A stretch of DNA of 64,000 bases, taken from positions 32,001 to 96,000 of the forward strand of contig CAWECG010000004.1 of the NCBI GenBank assembly GCA_963807605.1, read 5' to 3'. The notes beneath the pieces are model-generated. The model had not been told where the DNA came from. It did no database searches and worked only from the letters and a program-made list of their open reading frames with translations. Below are positions 40,557 to 51,553 of this stretch, one piece after another; the stretch's first letter is position 1; the number at the start of each line of letters is the position of its first letter. A program made the translations under genes and the position numbers. The stretch is from Candidatus Bathyarchaeota archaeon. Lineage in GTDB: Archaea > Thermoproteota > Bathyarchaeia > 40CM-2-53-6 > RBG-13-38-9.

Positions 40557-41195
40557 TTATCCAGTTGGTTGATAGCTGCGAGTTTGGTTACTTTTGGTTT
40601 CTTTCATTTCCGAAAGGGACTCTAGGGCTTCTTTTGCGACGAATGCAAGTATTACAGCCGTTGCTACATAGTCAACCCATGAAATTCGCCATAGGTAATT
40701 GATCAATAGACCAACGAGCAAGGTCACTGACATTAAGAAACAGGTTGCAGACTCAATTGCGTCTATGATCAAGGGCAGACAGTGGGTAGCTTCGCCGATC
40801 CGTTTCTTCTCATACCATAATAACGGCATGAATACAACTGCAGCAAAAGCAACCGCAATACCGAGCGTGGATGCTTCTGCCTTGATCCCTGTCACGTAGG
40901 AATACGCTGTACCGAACCCGATTATTGGAATTAATGTGAACAGAAGGAAAGCGGTGATTCGTTCAACCTTCTCGTCGCGCTCACTCTTTTCTCCTCTCTT
41001 CCTCCTTCTCAGATAGTCAGCTACAGTGTATGAAGAGATCAGTTCGATGAAACTATCTCCACCGAATGCTAAGAGCGCAAGGCTCCCTGAGAACAATCCT
41101 GCACCTGAGGCTACGAGACTTTCGACCATCATCCATACTACGCTGGCGTATTCTACGAGCAAGCCGCGATGAAGTAACTGAGATTCTTCAGTCAT
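40557..41195 (-). CDS. Cation-efflux (CDF-like) membrane transporter
   Basis: GSLALLAFGGDSFIE, DA.ES..C, W.D. Confidence 0.75.
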   Translation of the reverse strand: MTEESQLLHRGLLVEYASVVWMMVESLVASGAGLFSGSLALLAFGGDSFIELISSYTVADYLRRRKRGEKSERDEKVERITAFLLFTLIPIIGFGTAYSYVTGIKAEASTLGIAVAFAAVVFMPLLWYEKKRIGEATHCLPLIIDAIESATCFLMSVTLLVGLLINYLWRISWVDYVATAVILAFVAKEALESLSEMKETKSNQTRSYQPTG

Positions 41196-41316
41196 GCATC
41201 TGTTTCTTGCTTGCATTCTGTATTAGCGTTATCCATTTGTTTTCGCCCTCGATTTTGATACCTGCTGCCTCAGCGGTAACTTCTTGCGTATTCTTCAGTA
41301 CGTACATCGAAGGGCA

Positions 41317-42381
41317 CTAGTCATCATCCGGAGTATGCTTGTGTCTATGATGAGTATCTGGCCAATGAACATGAGTGTGAGTCACTTCAAGGTGCGTATG
41401 GTCGTGAATGTTCGACTCAGAAACTGTTTCAGAATGTTTGTGTAGATGATGCATTTCACCATGATCGTGCAGATGAATATGGGTCATCGTGTCATGATAA
41501 TGAAGATGTAAATGCTCTTCACTCACTATCAACCAAACTCCAATTATCATAAATCCTGTCGCTGGAAACATCACCCATCCTATCCATTCCCTGAGTATGA
41601 GTAGGGAGGTCACAGCGGCGATGAATGGTGCGAGACTAAAGAATGCTCCAGTCCTGGATGAGCCTAATCCTTCAAGAGCTTTGATGAAGAATACCAAACT
41701 CGCACCATAACTAAAAGCGCCCACCAGAAGGGCAAACACAATCGTGGCATCCAGCGGTATCCTCGTTCCAAGCATTAAAGCAAATGAAAGAGACACGGCT
41801 CCAGCGATTCGGCCTTTGATTTCAGCGAGCTGTACCGGATCTTTGTCGGATAGGTTGCGAGTCAAATTATTGTCTACACCCCAACATACCATTGCAAAGA
41901 CAAGCAATAATGGACCTAGTGGCATGAACCTGCCTTGGCTAGGATCCCAAGTCAAGAATACCCCTGCTACGGTCATACATACCAACGCTATCCACAGACG
42001 TTTTCCCACGGTTTCACTGAAAACGAACGCGGCGATTGCAGCGGTGGCGACCCCTTCTAAGTTTAGCAGTAGGGACGCAGAAAAACCAGAGACAAGCCTC
42101 AGTCCCATCATCATACTTATTGGCGCCAATATTCCACCCGTGATTGTCGCACCGGATAACCAAGGAAAATCCTTCCTGCCCAACGATGCCACTTTATCAT
42201 TCGAGCCAGTCATCATCCTTCTTCCAATAGAATACAAGTATAGACCGACAAATGCACCAAGATAGAGCAAACCAGCCAGGGCCACAGGAGGAATGTCCCT
42301 TACAAGTAGTTTAGCGAGGGGCGGACTGATTCCAAACAATGAAGCAGATATTATGACGAAGACTAATGGTTCTTTATCCAA
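41317..42381 (-). CDS. DMT/EamA transporter with His-rich C-terminal tail
   Basis: 10-TM EamA pattern, WGVDNNLTR; HxH repeats ending HWPDTHHRHKH. Confidence 0.9.
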   Translation of the reverse strand: MDKEPLVFVIISASLFGISPPLAKLLVRDIPPVALAGLLYLGAFVGLYLYSIGRRMMTGSNDKVASLGRKDFPWLSGATITGGILAPISMMMGLRLVSGFSASLLLNLEGVATAAIAAFVFSETVGKRLWIALVCMTVAGVFLTWDPSQGRFMPLGPLLLVFAMVCWGVDNNLTRNLSDKDPVQLAEIKGRIAGAVSLSFALMLGTRIPLDATIVFALLVGAFSYGASLVFFIKALEGLGSSRTGAFFSLAPFIAAVTSLLILREWIGWVMFPATGFMIIGVWLIVSEEHLHLHYHDTMTHIHLHDHGEMHHLHKHSETVSESNIHDHTHLEVTHTHVHWPDTHHRHKHTPDDD

Positions 42382-42947
42382 TTACCTCACATTTGTTGTC
42401 GCGTTTGAGTTGAATACGTTGTTCTTGAATGTTACCTTGCATTCATCAGATGATGTTGCTACCTAGAAATGGTGTGGTGGTGCTCACCAAGGGACACGAC
42501 GACGACACACACAGAATCTAATTGTTTGATTTTGGGTGTCCTCACTAGCGCCTATGTGAAGGCTCCTCTTCCACCCTTGTTCCTGGATGAATATATTTGG
42601 CATGCGCCTATTCGCCCACAGATGGGGCATTATGGCTTCGCATCCAGGCTATCCTCAATCGCGCTAACGTCCACCTTAAGGGACAGTGCTTTCACGAGGA
42701 GGTTTCTCTAGGCCTGACAATAATACAATTATTCATTTATCAATAATTGTCTTTCTATCGCAGTCTAGAATCGTTGAGTAGTGTGACTCCTCATTCACAT
42801 CCAAACCATCAGAAAGGGCGCTCATACAATGGCATGAGCGCCTCCTCTGCAAAAAAACTTCCCATACCATCGCGCTAGATTGAATAACGCGAGCGGTTCA
42901 AGGTAATCATTATATCTAAGCTAGTTAAGGAACAGAATGTGGTAAAT

Positions 42948-43115
42948 ATGCTAAAACATCCAGGACATGAAAAACATCTCTGCAAAATGGTAGTCGGCGA
43001 TATGGAAGACATCGCAAACATCAAACCGCTTGTAAATAATCCGAAGTACATCTGCAGTGGATGTGGAAGAGTGGCCAACAAAGCAGAAAATCTCTGCGCC
43101 CCCACTAGTCTTTAA
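42948..43115 (+). CDS. 55-aa Cys/His metal-binding small protein (absent from ORF track)
   Basis: [12 protein letters not shown]...[21 protein letters not shown]. Confidence 0.75.
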   Translation: MLKHPGHEKHLCKMVVGDMEDIANIKPLVNNPKYICSGCGRVANKAENLCAPTSL

Positions 43116-43326
43116 AAAACTACGTCGAAAACAAGATCGTGATCAACTCTTCTTTTTTCAAGCGCCCGCTATACGCTCAACAGTTATATTCACAAAGAAT
43201 TCAGAAAAGGGTCTAGTGCTTGCGCTTAGCACGCTACCTTAGCTATTGCGCTAAACACAATCCCGAAGGCATTCGAGATATGATTTAATAGAAGCAACGA
43301 CTGATTTAGATTCTGGTCGATATTGA

Positions 43327-43641
43327 ATGCCGATAGATCCTGAGTTCATGACCAAGGTCAAGAAGCACAGCCAACATAACGGACATGACGTTTGGGGCGA
43401 AGTGAAACCCCCTGAAAAATTGGGAATCCACGGAACCAACGTGGCTGTAGACCACGACCTATGCGACGGTGACGCCACGTGTGCGCAGGTCTGCCCAGTC
43501 AACGTATTCGAAATGATCGATAGCCCTGGTCACCCAACCTCAAACAAGAAATCAGATCCTGTAAGGGAGTCAGAATGCATATACTGTATGGCCTGCGAGA
43601 TACAATGCCCTCCCAAAGCAATCAAAATAACGCAAAAATAG
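43327..43641 (+). CDS. Dicluster ferredoxin of the zinc-containing (Zfx-like) type
   Basis: His-containing N-extension, GIHGTNVAVD.D.C.GD..C..VCP, CIYCMACE.QCP. Confidence 0.85.
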   Translation: MPIDPEFMTKVKKHSQHNGHDVWGEVKPPEKLGIHGTNVAVDHDLCDGDATCAQVCPVNVFEMIDSPGHPTSNKKSDPVRESECIYCMACEIQCPPKAIKITQK

Positions 43642-43699
43642 GAAACCTCAAAGTATTATGCGCTATGTTGGCGCTATTCTTATGCGATGATATATGGTC

Positions 43700-44143
43700 A
43701 TGAAATGACAAGCCATTGCTGCCATCATTGTAGTGTTGGCCATTATTGGTGTCGGGTCCATATACATGGTTCAACAACAGAAGCCTTTACCAACATCATT
43801 TCCAACACCGAATGCAGCACCCACATTAACACCAACTCCGACTCCCACGTCAACACCAACTCCTACTCTATCCCCTACGCCCACCCCAACACCGACCCCC
43901 ACACAATCAGCTGCTGAAGAAGGCCGCATCCGTGACATTGTGAAGGCCTACTATGCCGCATTCAGCCAACATTCAGAAGGAGCCGTAGCAGGATTCTTTA
44001 CGATAGATGGACAGAAGCTGCTCAACAGTGGAAAAGATGGTTCGTTCATAGACCGTGACGCAATAAGGACAGGATTGGCAGGGGGCTTCGGAAATGGCAG
44101 AGACGTAACCATCAAGGAGTTAAACATCACTAAACTACCCTGA
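43700..44143 (+). pseudogene. Membrane-anchored PT-linker plus NTF2/SnoaL-like protein; TGA at codon 3 and 3' end cut by an IS200-like end
   Basis: ATG AAA TGA then hydrophobic helix; (PT)n; IRDIVKAYYAAF....F..DG. Confidence 0.6.
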
Positions 44144-44620
44144 GCTAAAGCTCAGGGGGTTCTATGCTGCTTAGGCTAGGTATTCGCTGAGGGATTTCTG
44201 TTTGAATTGTAGGTAGACGTCGTGGTCCACGGCCTTCCAGTGTTTCCTCTGACTGTGTTCAAGGTAGTACCTGATGACTTCATTCGTGGTGACGCCGACC
44301 GAGCGGTAGAAGTAGCCCGCTGTCCAGAAGGCGTCACCCTAAAGCTTCGCCCTGACCCTGCTCCGGCATTTCTGGCGGATCCGCCTTGAGCTGACGCCTT
44401 TCAGGAGGCGTGCCAGCTCCGAGACGGCCAGATTCTTGCATGCGCCAAGTAAGATGTGGACATGGTCCGGACCGAACTCTATGGCGTGAAGCGCAAAACC
44501 GTATCGGGCCGCGGTCTCGCGGAAGCTCTCCTCGCAGACAAAGCATTCAACATGATTAAATCATATGCTAAGTGGCACTTGGATCGTCTTCGTCGGTAGC
44601 GTAGCAGTTTGCATTGTCGT
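44130..44620 (-). mobile_element. tnpA: Degenerate IS200/IS605-family element (tnpA remnant)
   Basis: Hairpin CCCTGAGCT-AA-AGCTCAGGG (44138-44157); fragments PDHVHI (HUH) and FWTAGYFYRSVG..IRYYLE.Q in shifting frames. Confidence 0.8.
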
Positions 44621-44659
44621 TTACGCTGATCTAAAAGCTCGATTCTACGAGCGCTAAGA

Positions 44660-44929
44660 ATGAACACCAACGAAGAACCCAGATATGATGAAAAGGTGCA
44701 GTTTGCCGAGTTGGTTGGCAAGAGCTTTGTGGTGCTCAACTATGAAGTGTTCCCATCCAAATTCGAGGGCTGTGAGGAGTTCGCGGTCATTCTGATTAGG
44801 CAAAACGGTAGCGAGGCTATCACGACCACCAGCTCAAGGGTGATACTTGACCAGCTTGGAAAGATGAAGGATAAACTGCCGGTAAAGGTGAAGTTTCTGA
44901 GAAAAAATAGATATTTTACATTTAGCTAG
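44660..44929 (+). CDS. Small virus/plasmid-like hypothetical protein (possible OB-fold)
   Basis: Beta-rich; TSSRVILDQL...LPVKV....YFTF; T-tract after stop. Confidence 0.5.
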   Translation: MNTNEEPRYDEKVQFAELVGKSFVVLNYEVFPSKFEGCEEFAVILIRQNGSEAITTTSSRVILDQLGKMKDKLPVKVKFLRKNRYFTFS

Positions 44930-45027
44930 TCTTTTTTCTACAATACTCGTTTTGTCAATCTAGCTTAGGTCCGACGGACATTATTTCAGGCGCGCTTGTT
45001 GCCTACGGATGTGGATTCAAACAAGCG

Positions 45028-45390
45028 TTAATCTAAAATCTTTTTCCTCGCAATCATATCCCTGTTTCTGCCGAATATCCAATAGCTGTAACCGCCATGC
45101 TCAAGCTTTCCACCAGCACTCTGGAGCTTCATGAAAAGCCCCATTGCTTCTTGCATGCTCGCCCACTCCCCTGTTCCCCGCTTCCAAGGCTTCCAGTCAA
45201 TAGCTTGAATATCCAATTCGACTTTCGGCTCTGATACAGCCTGAACGTTCATCTTGATTTGCTTTGCAGCCTCCACAGGCTTATCGAGCGATTGTTCTGG
45301 CGTTGAAGTTATCGTAATTCTAAGCTTCTCGCCGCACTTTGGGCACCTAACGACTGCTTCACTCAAGGATAGTCTCCCCATAGAAGACAT
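45028..45390 (-). CDS. Hypothetical protein with CPKCG zinc knuckle
   Basis: RCPKCG; W-rich C-terminal domain. Confidence 0.55.
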   Translation of the reverse strand: MSSMGRLSLSEAVVRCPKCGEKLRITITSTPEQSLDKPVEAAKQIKMNVQAVSEPKVELDIQAIDWKPWKRGTGEWASMQEAMGLFMKLQSAGGKLEHGGYSYWIFGRNRDMIARKKILD

Positions 45391-45603
45391 AATATCATGA
45401 GCAAAGGCTTTTGAATTAACCTCAGCACTACCAGTGACTCACCATTCTTGCAACGCCTTCAACGCAACCTTCTCATCTTTCAGCTCAATCTGCAAACTTT
45501 GATTACCAAGTGGCCTGATTCGCATCGAGAGTTGAGATGGTTCTTCATGGGAATTAGGCAATAAAGTGATAGCCTGTCTGACAATGTCTGACACCTTCAA
45601 GCC

Positions 45604-45876
45604 TTGGGATTGGCTCTTCAGCAACAAGTGGTTCTCCCAACTCAGTCGGCTCTAAATCATCTTGTTCTACAAAGGCTCAATATTATTGAAAAGAGAATAG
45701 GCAGAATCAGCGAAGAATCTAAAGCTGAAACCAAGCAAGCTCAAGTTGCAAAGCAAGAACTCATCAAATCTCTTGAAGCGCTTCTCGAAAACGTCGGGCG
45801 GAACGCATCGGAGCATGAAAAAGTCCTCAAGAGGCTTAAGGAGCTACCTTCACCAGACGAAAGACAATTTGCCTAG
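45604..45876 (+). CDS. Coiled-coil hypothetical protein, possibly a fragment
   Basis: Charged heptad-like sequence. Confidence 0.35.
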   Translation: MGLALQQQVVLPTQSALNHLVLQRLNIIEKRIGRISEESKAETKQAQVAKQELIKSLEALLENVGRNASEHEKVLKRLKELPSPDERQFA

Positions 45877-45890
45877 ATGATCTCAAATGG

Positions 45891-46604
45891 ATGATGATTT
45901 GGCTTTTCAGTTTCTTCCAAGATAGAAAGTTCCTACATGAATTGTTTCAACTTGTTGCTGAGGAATACAATAGAATTCTGCTTCAGTTATGCAGATTCTA
46001 CCAGAACCATAGGAGTGCATATAACAAGCTCAAACATGGTTTGATGTTTGCTCTCATTCAAATGGAGACTGGACAGGATGTCGTGAAGACGGTCATGACA
46101 TATGATAGATATGATAAGGAAGAATTCTACAGACTTGCAGACTGCTATCGCCCGCCAAAGAATCCCTCTCCACCTGGGATGGACTGGTTCAATCTAGTGT
46201 CCTATTTGCTGCAAGAGAGCCATGTTTTTGAGAAGTATAAGTACGTGAATTCTATGGTGTGGAAGCTGGCTAAAACACTCATCAGGAACTATTTTGATTT
46301 CGGCTCAAACTGTGGTCGTGACTATTTACCTGAGGGTGTGGACGACATTCTGCAATCGAGAAACATGCTGAGAGAGCTTGACAGGTACAAAGAAATAAAA
46401 AACAGACTCTATCCCAAAATGATTTCTCTCTCAATTACACAAGAAATCATACACAATCTTAGAGAAGAAGCATACAGGAAAACTACAGAACATTGGAACG
46501 CCAATCAGATTTCGAATCATTGGTACCCTCCCGTAGAGGAAGATAAGGAAACGTCTTTGCCTCCTAATGAGCCGATTATATCAACGGACTACAATGTGAA
46601 ATAG
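45891..46604 (+). CDS. Hypothetical protein, possible HEPN-like
   Basis: Helical, YNKLKHG motif; AT-rich. Confidence 0.5.
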   Translation: MMIWLFSFFQDRKFLHELFQLVAEEYNRILLQLCRFYQNHRSAYNKLKHGLMFALIQMETGQDVVKTVMTYDRYDKEEFYRLADCYRPPKNPSPPGMDWFNLVSYLLQESHVFEKYKYVNSMVWKLAKTLIRNYFDFGSNCGRDYLPEGVDDILQSRNMLRELDRYKEIKNRLYPKMISLSITQEIIHNLREEAYRKTTEHWNANQISNHWYPPVEEDKETSLPPNEPIISTDYNVK

Positions 46605-46741
46605 CCAACAGACACAAGAGCTAACTTTTTGGGGGCGGTCTCACCAGCTAGCGCACGCTAAAGGAGCTCCTAGGATTCCTATCCTGATGTAAACATGACC
46701 TTCTCACTACATGGTAATGGTACTCCAAGAGGAGATGCGGA

Positions 46742-47500
46742 TTGACCAGAAAGCTTGACCTTGCAAAAACAACCGATGAGAAATGGGACAGTCTGAATGA
46801 CAGCTATAATAGAATAGTCGACAGAATCAATGAAATATCATGCAATCATCACCTACAAACAGCCGCTTTCAGAACCACTGATGGAACTGCCATAAATCTG
46901 AATGAATTCAATGAAAAAATGCTTACCCTACACTACAAATTGAGATATGCCTGTGTCAGTTTGGAATACCTAAGAAATGTATATCGCCAGTTCTCAGATA
47001 CGCTGGACAAGGCCATGAAAGCTATGACCGAATCGATTTCTGAGGATTTCATTTTCCATACTGATGTTTTCTTCATTTTTGGGTACAGCGCATTTGACAT
47101 CGTAGCTGGAATACTTGATATGATGACACAAACTGGTCTTCAGAAGAAGGAAGTCAATTTCTATAACGTAATAGAGGCACTTGCGAGTTCAAATTACTCC
47201 GACACTCATCCAATTTTCAGGACACTGAAACAGGAAAATAAGACAGGATGGATTCGTGAATTTCGACGCTACAGAGTGTTCTTGGTTCACTACTCAACCA
47301 TGCGTCTTCAAAAAGAATTTAAATACACTGCAAGAGACCAAACAATTGAAATCAACTTTTTCCTCTTACCAGATGACCCAGAGAAGAGGCCTTACGAATA
47401 TAACTCCAAAAGAGAACTTGTCCCTTATTGCGAGAAAGTAATGGAAAAAGAACTTGACGCCATAAAGGAACTTTTTGACTTCACTAGAACACTGATTTAG
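46742..47500 (+). CDS. HEPN-domain protein (Cthe_2314-like)
   Basis: All-helical; Rx4H motif RVFLVH preceded by SAFDIVA helix. Confidence 0.6.
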   Translation: MTRKLDLAKTTDEKWDSLNDSYNRIVDRINEISCNHHLQTAAFRTTDGTAINLNEFNEKMLTLHYKLRYACVSLEYLRNVYRQFSDTLDKAMKAMTESISEDFIFHTDVFFIFGYSAFDIVAGILDMMTQTGLQKKEVNFYNVIEALASSNYSDTHPIFRTLKQENKTGWIREFRRYRVFLVHYSTMRLQKEFKYTARDQTIEINFFLLPDDPEKRPYEYNSKRELVPYCEKVMEKELDAIKELFDFTRTLI

Positions 47501-47654
47501 CAGCAATAGCCGGTCTTCTCGACAGGGGAAGAGGGCTTTCTGGGGGGTCTTCCCCTAATGGGGATAGTCAGTCTTGGTGTGGTGGTGCTCACCATCTACA
47601 GTACGCACAAAGAGTATTTCGAATGGATGAATTGCGATTCTACTGCCGCTCGAT

Positions 47655-48332
47655 TCAATTGGAACTTTGTTTGAAGTATTTTCTATAATTACTTTCAAGG
47701 TCACGAAGAGCGTCGTTCTTCAGCCACCCTCTTAGTCTTCTTCTCACGTCCTGCAAGTTCGCTCCTTTCTTGCTAACAACGGAATTGCACCATTCATCAC
47801 CAGTCCTTACCTTTGAATATGGAAACCTTGTGAGGTAAAATCTCCCTTTGCTTGCCAGAGGCTTAACCGGTATGGGAGGCGGCCCTACCGTTACGATTCG
47901 GATTCGGCAGTTGCGCTTTGCTTTCCTATTCCGCTTTGCTTTACTGTTCCAGGCTACAAATTGCTCTAACCCTAAGTCCATAGTGGAATACATGACGAGA
48001 TTCTTTGTTGGCAGCGTCACGTTTTCAAATCGGGCTCTGATTATCTGTACATTCTGCAAAGCTTTCCGCTCTACGTTTTTCTTAGCTCTCCGGAAACGAA
48101 TTGGGTGGGACTCTATGCCGATGGCTGACTTGCAACGTCGTGCAGCCCAGATGCAGACCCATCCGTCGCCGCATCCCAAATCGCAGAAAACGTCTCTCCT
48201 TGTCAACTTCGCAAGTTCGAAGACTCGAATCGCTTCATCATGTGACGTAGCGGTGGGTGAACCTCTCCAATCGCGCATCAAGTTCACTTTGCTACGCATT
48301 TTCACCATGCTACACACACCCTGAAACGACAA
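47655..48332 (-). CDS. Class I SAM-dependent methyltransferase
   Basis: FCDLGCGDG, GIE. Confidence 0.75.
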   Translation of the reverse strand: MSFQGVCSMVKMRSKVNLMRDWRGSPTATSHDEAIRVFELAKLTRRDVFCDLGCGDGWVCIWAARRCKSAIGIESHPIRFRRAKKNVERKALQNVQIIRARFENVTLPTKNLVMYSTMDLGLEQFVAWNSKAKRNRKAKRNCRIRIVTVGPPPIPVKPLASKGRFYLTRFPYSKVRTGDEWCNSVVSKKGANLQDVRRRLRGWLKNDALRDLESNYRKYFKQSSN

Positions 48333-48574
48333 TGGTTACTTACCTAGACCTCCTTTGCACGTTTCTAGGCTTCTTTCTCCCCCTTTTCGTTGTTGCTCCT
48401 TTTTACAAATCTTCCTTCTTCTCATGTCAAACACCTCAAGAAGTAAATCTCGAAAAATAGTCAATTTTTTGCCATTACATTCACTAATAACAGCAATTCG
48501 GTCAAATAGAAGACCAATGCTAACTCATAATTCTAAAAAATCAACTAAATACTAGATTTACTGGAGGACTAACC

Positions 48575-48826
48575 TTGCCCAGAAGAAAAACGTCTGACAT
48601 AATAGCTCACGTTTTGAGTTCTGCTGAGAGTCTAAAGAATAATATTGCTGCCGTACCAGTTGAGATTCAAGACAGAATTAGAGACTTGGCTCTAGTTATA
48701 GTCAACAAACCTGTAAAGAGGCGGGGTCGCCCACCCGGAAGGAAGAGGGGTAGACCTCCTGGAAGAAAGAAAAGGGGCAGACCAAGGAAGAGGGCAAAAG
48801 CAGTAGAGACGCCAACACAAGCCTAA
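48575..48826 (+). CDS. Small basic protein with three AT-hooks, copy 1
   Basis: KRRGRPP, RKRGRPP, KKRGRPRK; SD GGAGG; paralog at 53430. Confidence 0.85.
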   Translation: MPRRKTSDIIAHVLSSAESLKNNIAAVPVEIQDRIRDLALVIVNKPVKRRGRPPGRKRGRPPGRKKRGRPRKRAKAVETPTQA

Positions 48827-48998
48827 TCGCGAAACATATTCTTTTTTGTTTCTGCAGCTTCCAGAGGATCATCTGTTGAAGAAGGTATTGATGGTGAGGA
48901 TGATAGCCTATCCACTGCTGACTTAGTGTAATGTCAGGGTTTTGTTCTCAATTCCTTCTCCAGCATGTCGTCTTCGAGTATCTTGCTTCGCATCAATT

Positions 48999-49806
48999 TC
49001 AGCGATTGATACGTGTCACGCTTCTGAGAAGCAGGGAAGTGTCCACGCTCCTCCCGTACAGGGTTAATGCGCCTCTATCTTTCAAGACATCTCGGAGGGT
49101 ATCCGTTACGAGGTCCGTGAGGCCGAACTCCACTGCAAGAGCGCGGATCTGCGCGTAGTCCATCGCGTCCTTCATTATGCTTCTCCTTTCTTTGGGGTCA
49201 AGCAACGCAATGATGTCAGAGCCATCCTTGGCAACCTTGCCTCTCAGCCACGCTAGCCTGGCAGCATTCATAGTGGCGCCTTTGGTTCTGATATCGTACT
49301 GCCTGTCACGCCTGGCCTTTACCTTGAACAGTGCTAGAAGTGCCTTGCTCGGAACGTAGCAGGCGCAGTCTCTCGCTATGCTGATCTCCCTCTTGCAACC
49401 ATCCCTCTCACAGAGGGAATAGGGAAGGGCCTTCGAGCCACCCTCGTGGAATTGACTCGCACCGCTGCGTTCGTAGGTGCACGCATCGATTTCCATGTCT
49501 CCTATCTTTCTCCCTCCCTTCGAGTAGATCGGTTTGCTGGCTGTTATCTCTGTCCCGAGCGCATCCTGTTGCAGGATTTCGTACCCGTGAGACTTTTCGT
49601 ATCCCTCGATTATCTCGTCGAACGCGTCCCTGTGGCTCGAATCCAACCACGTCGATGTCGACGGAACCGTAATAGGGGTTGTAGAAGTATACTGCCCAGC
49701 CCCCTACTATGACAGGTGCTCCGAAATGTCGGAAATAGCGAACGAAACTGACGAGTTCCCGGTAAGATGTCCTTACCGGCGCTGGCCCTTTCGGAGTTCC
49801 GCTCAT
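48999..49806 (-). CDS. Nucleotidyltransferase (AbiEii-like toxin), frameshift near 49645
   Basis: VIVGGWAV...SVDIDVV; continues in ORF 48999-49646 (LFKVKA...KD..D). Confidence 0.7.
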
Positions 49807-50426
49807 CTTCCTTTTTTTATCTCCTCGTATAGCTTCATCGCGCCATCCCTGCCCGCTCCTCCCAGGCAGAACAAATCTATAACGACCTGAACAGGTTCGA
49901 CCAGAACAAATTCCTTGATTCGTCTCGCGTTCTGCAGGATTAGCTCCGAGTCCGGGCTGAGAACCTGTATCGTTACGTCGCCTCTTCCCCTGGGAATCCG
50001 ATTCGCAAGTTCGAGTGGCTTCTGGGAGTAAACGTGCACCGACGGATACGTGATGTAGTACTCGACGTACTTGGCGAGCGCGGAAAAGGCAGTCAGCGCA
50101 TACCCGCCCGTATGCACTACAGCGTTCCTGACCATTCTTTCGATTTTCGATATCTCCGACTCCTCGGTTCTGACCTCCGAAACAACTAGCTTGGAGAGCG
50201 GCCGCTCCGTCGAGAGAACCTCCAGCAACCTGAGTGAATCACTAAGCTCCAAGTGTCCCTTCCCTCTCTGCGCGACTATCCCGGGCGCCTCAATCTCGCT
50301 GATGACGTGATTTACTAGATTCCTGGAGACGCCTGCCTTCCTTGAGATTTCAATCTGGGAAGTCTGAGGGTGTGTCAGCAGGTATGCTACAACCTTGTAG
50401 GTCTGCGGGGAGGTTAGTCTGACCAA
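49803..50426 (-). CDS. HTH protein, AbiEi-like antitoxin
   Basis: N-terminal HTH (SQIEISRKAGVSRNLV); YALTAFSA, VHVY, VQVVIDL...GG; overlaps toxin start. Confidence 0.72.
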   Translation of the reverse strand: MVRLTSPQTYKVVAYLLTHPQTSQIEISRKAGVSRNLVNHVISEIEAPGIVAQRGKGHLELSDSLRLLEVLSTERPLSKLVVSEVRTEESEISKIERMVRNAVVHTGGYALTAFSALAKYVEYYITYPSVHVYSQKPLELANRIPRGRGDVTIQVLSPDSELILQNARRIKEFVLVEPVQVVIDLFCLGGAGRDGAMKLYEEIKKGR

Positions 50427-50581
50427 TTCTCTTCCTGTCGTCCTTCGCGCTGGGTCATATTTAAAGAAATCCCATATTCATGGGATTATCCCATAAACAT
50501 GGGATAACCAACGGCGCGAAGACGCGTTGCGACCCCACTTCGGCACTACTGCGGTTAAGAGCACCGCACCACCTTACTCTC

Positions 50582-50812
50582 ATGAAATCAAAAACTACGC
50601 TCCAGAACAATGGGACTGTAGGCATACGCGCGTTCAAGAATGGGCTCAAGAAGAAGCTCCCTCCCGACAGCCCCGTCCTGATGGACCTCCTCCATGAGCC
50701 AGACTCGATGCCCCTCACCAGGGCTGATGTCCTGATTCCGCACTACCTGCAGAGGCTGGAGAGGGAACTCGAGAAGTACGAGTCGTCAGGACCCGTGGTT
50801 CTGCGTTCATGA
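50582..50812 (+). CDS. Small element-associated protein, paralog of 35195-35359
   Basis: IRAFK...KLPPDSPV..DL..EPD. Confidence 0.55.
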   Translation: MKSKTTLQNNGTVGIRAFKNGLKKKLPPDSPVLMDLLHEPDSMPLTRADVLIPHYLQRLERELEKYESSGPVVLRS

Positions 50813-50903
50813 TCTAGCTAGCCCGTCTTTATCCCAATCACGACCTTGTCATTAGGCAGGTCTCGCTTGTAGTCCCAGCCTTGCTCTATCTACAGTTTCA
50901 AAT

Positions 50904-51330
50904 GTGTATGCTCAACTACCAGTATTGCCATCAGGTACAACGGTGGCCAGCAACATCAATGACTACCTTATTGCTGTGACATTGGCTGTCTTTCTTGCTG
51001 CTAGCACAGATCTCCTTCAGAATTACTTCGTACTTCATGAGAGCTGGAAGACGTTTGCATTGGCCAGCTTCTTTACCGGATTGATCTTGCTCTTGATGTT
51101 CATAATGTGTTTTTTTTGGGCGCAGTATTGCAGAAATGCAGACGCTGAAAGATGTCGCAATGTTGCCCTCCCCACAGGTCGTTGACCAAGGACAAGTTGC
51201 GACGACTTTGGCTAATTTCAAAAAGGAGCTAGAAGATGCGATCGCCCTAAGTAAAGAAGATGCTGACAAAAATCTTCGACTACTGGAAAAGATCAAGAAA
51301 GCTCAGGTCAAGATTTCTGACAAACCTTAG
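50904..51330 (+). pseudogene. Membrane hypothetical protein split by a frameshift in a T-run
   Basis: Overlapping ORFs 50904-51185 and 51136-51330; poly-T near 51110. Confidence 0.35.
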
Positions 51331-51553
51331 CGCCCGCTAACCAAACATATATCGAATTTATTGTGAATACATAAGCAGTATATGGTTATGTGTCCGCCCT
51401 CGCTGGTGAAAACATCCAGATTTGAACCGTTAGGAATTGATTTTGTGTGTCACACCTTAGCTGGTGAGCAAACTCAGATTTCTATAGCCTATTCGCGGCT
51501 TCAATGCTTCAACAGTCGTCTCACAGCACAAGTGAAAAAAATCTTGACAATTG

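Noticed and set aside
43706-43708. TGA at codon 3 as selenocysteine
   Set aside because: Lies in a signal/anchor region of a gene also truncated by an IS; no Sec context
43800-43910. ACTCC/ACCCC-rich tandem repeats
   Set aside because: Encodes an ordinary Pro-Thr linker
44130-44620. TnpB/omega-RNA system
   Set aside because: Only a broken tnpA and one end hairpin are present; no RuvC/Zn-finger ORF
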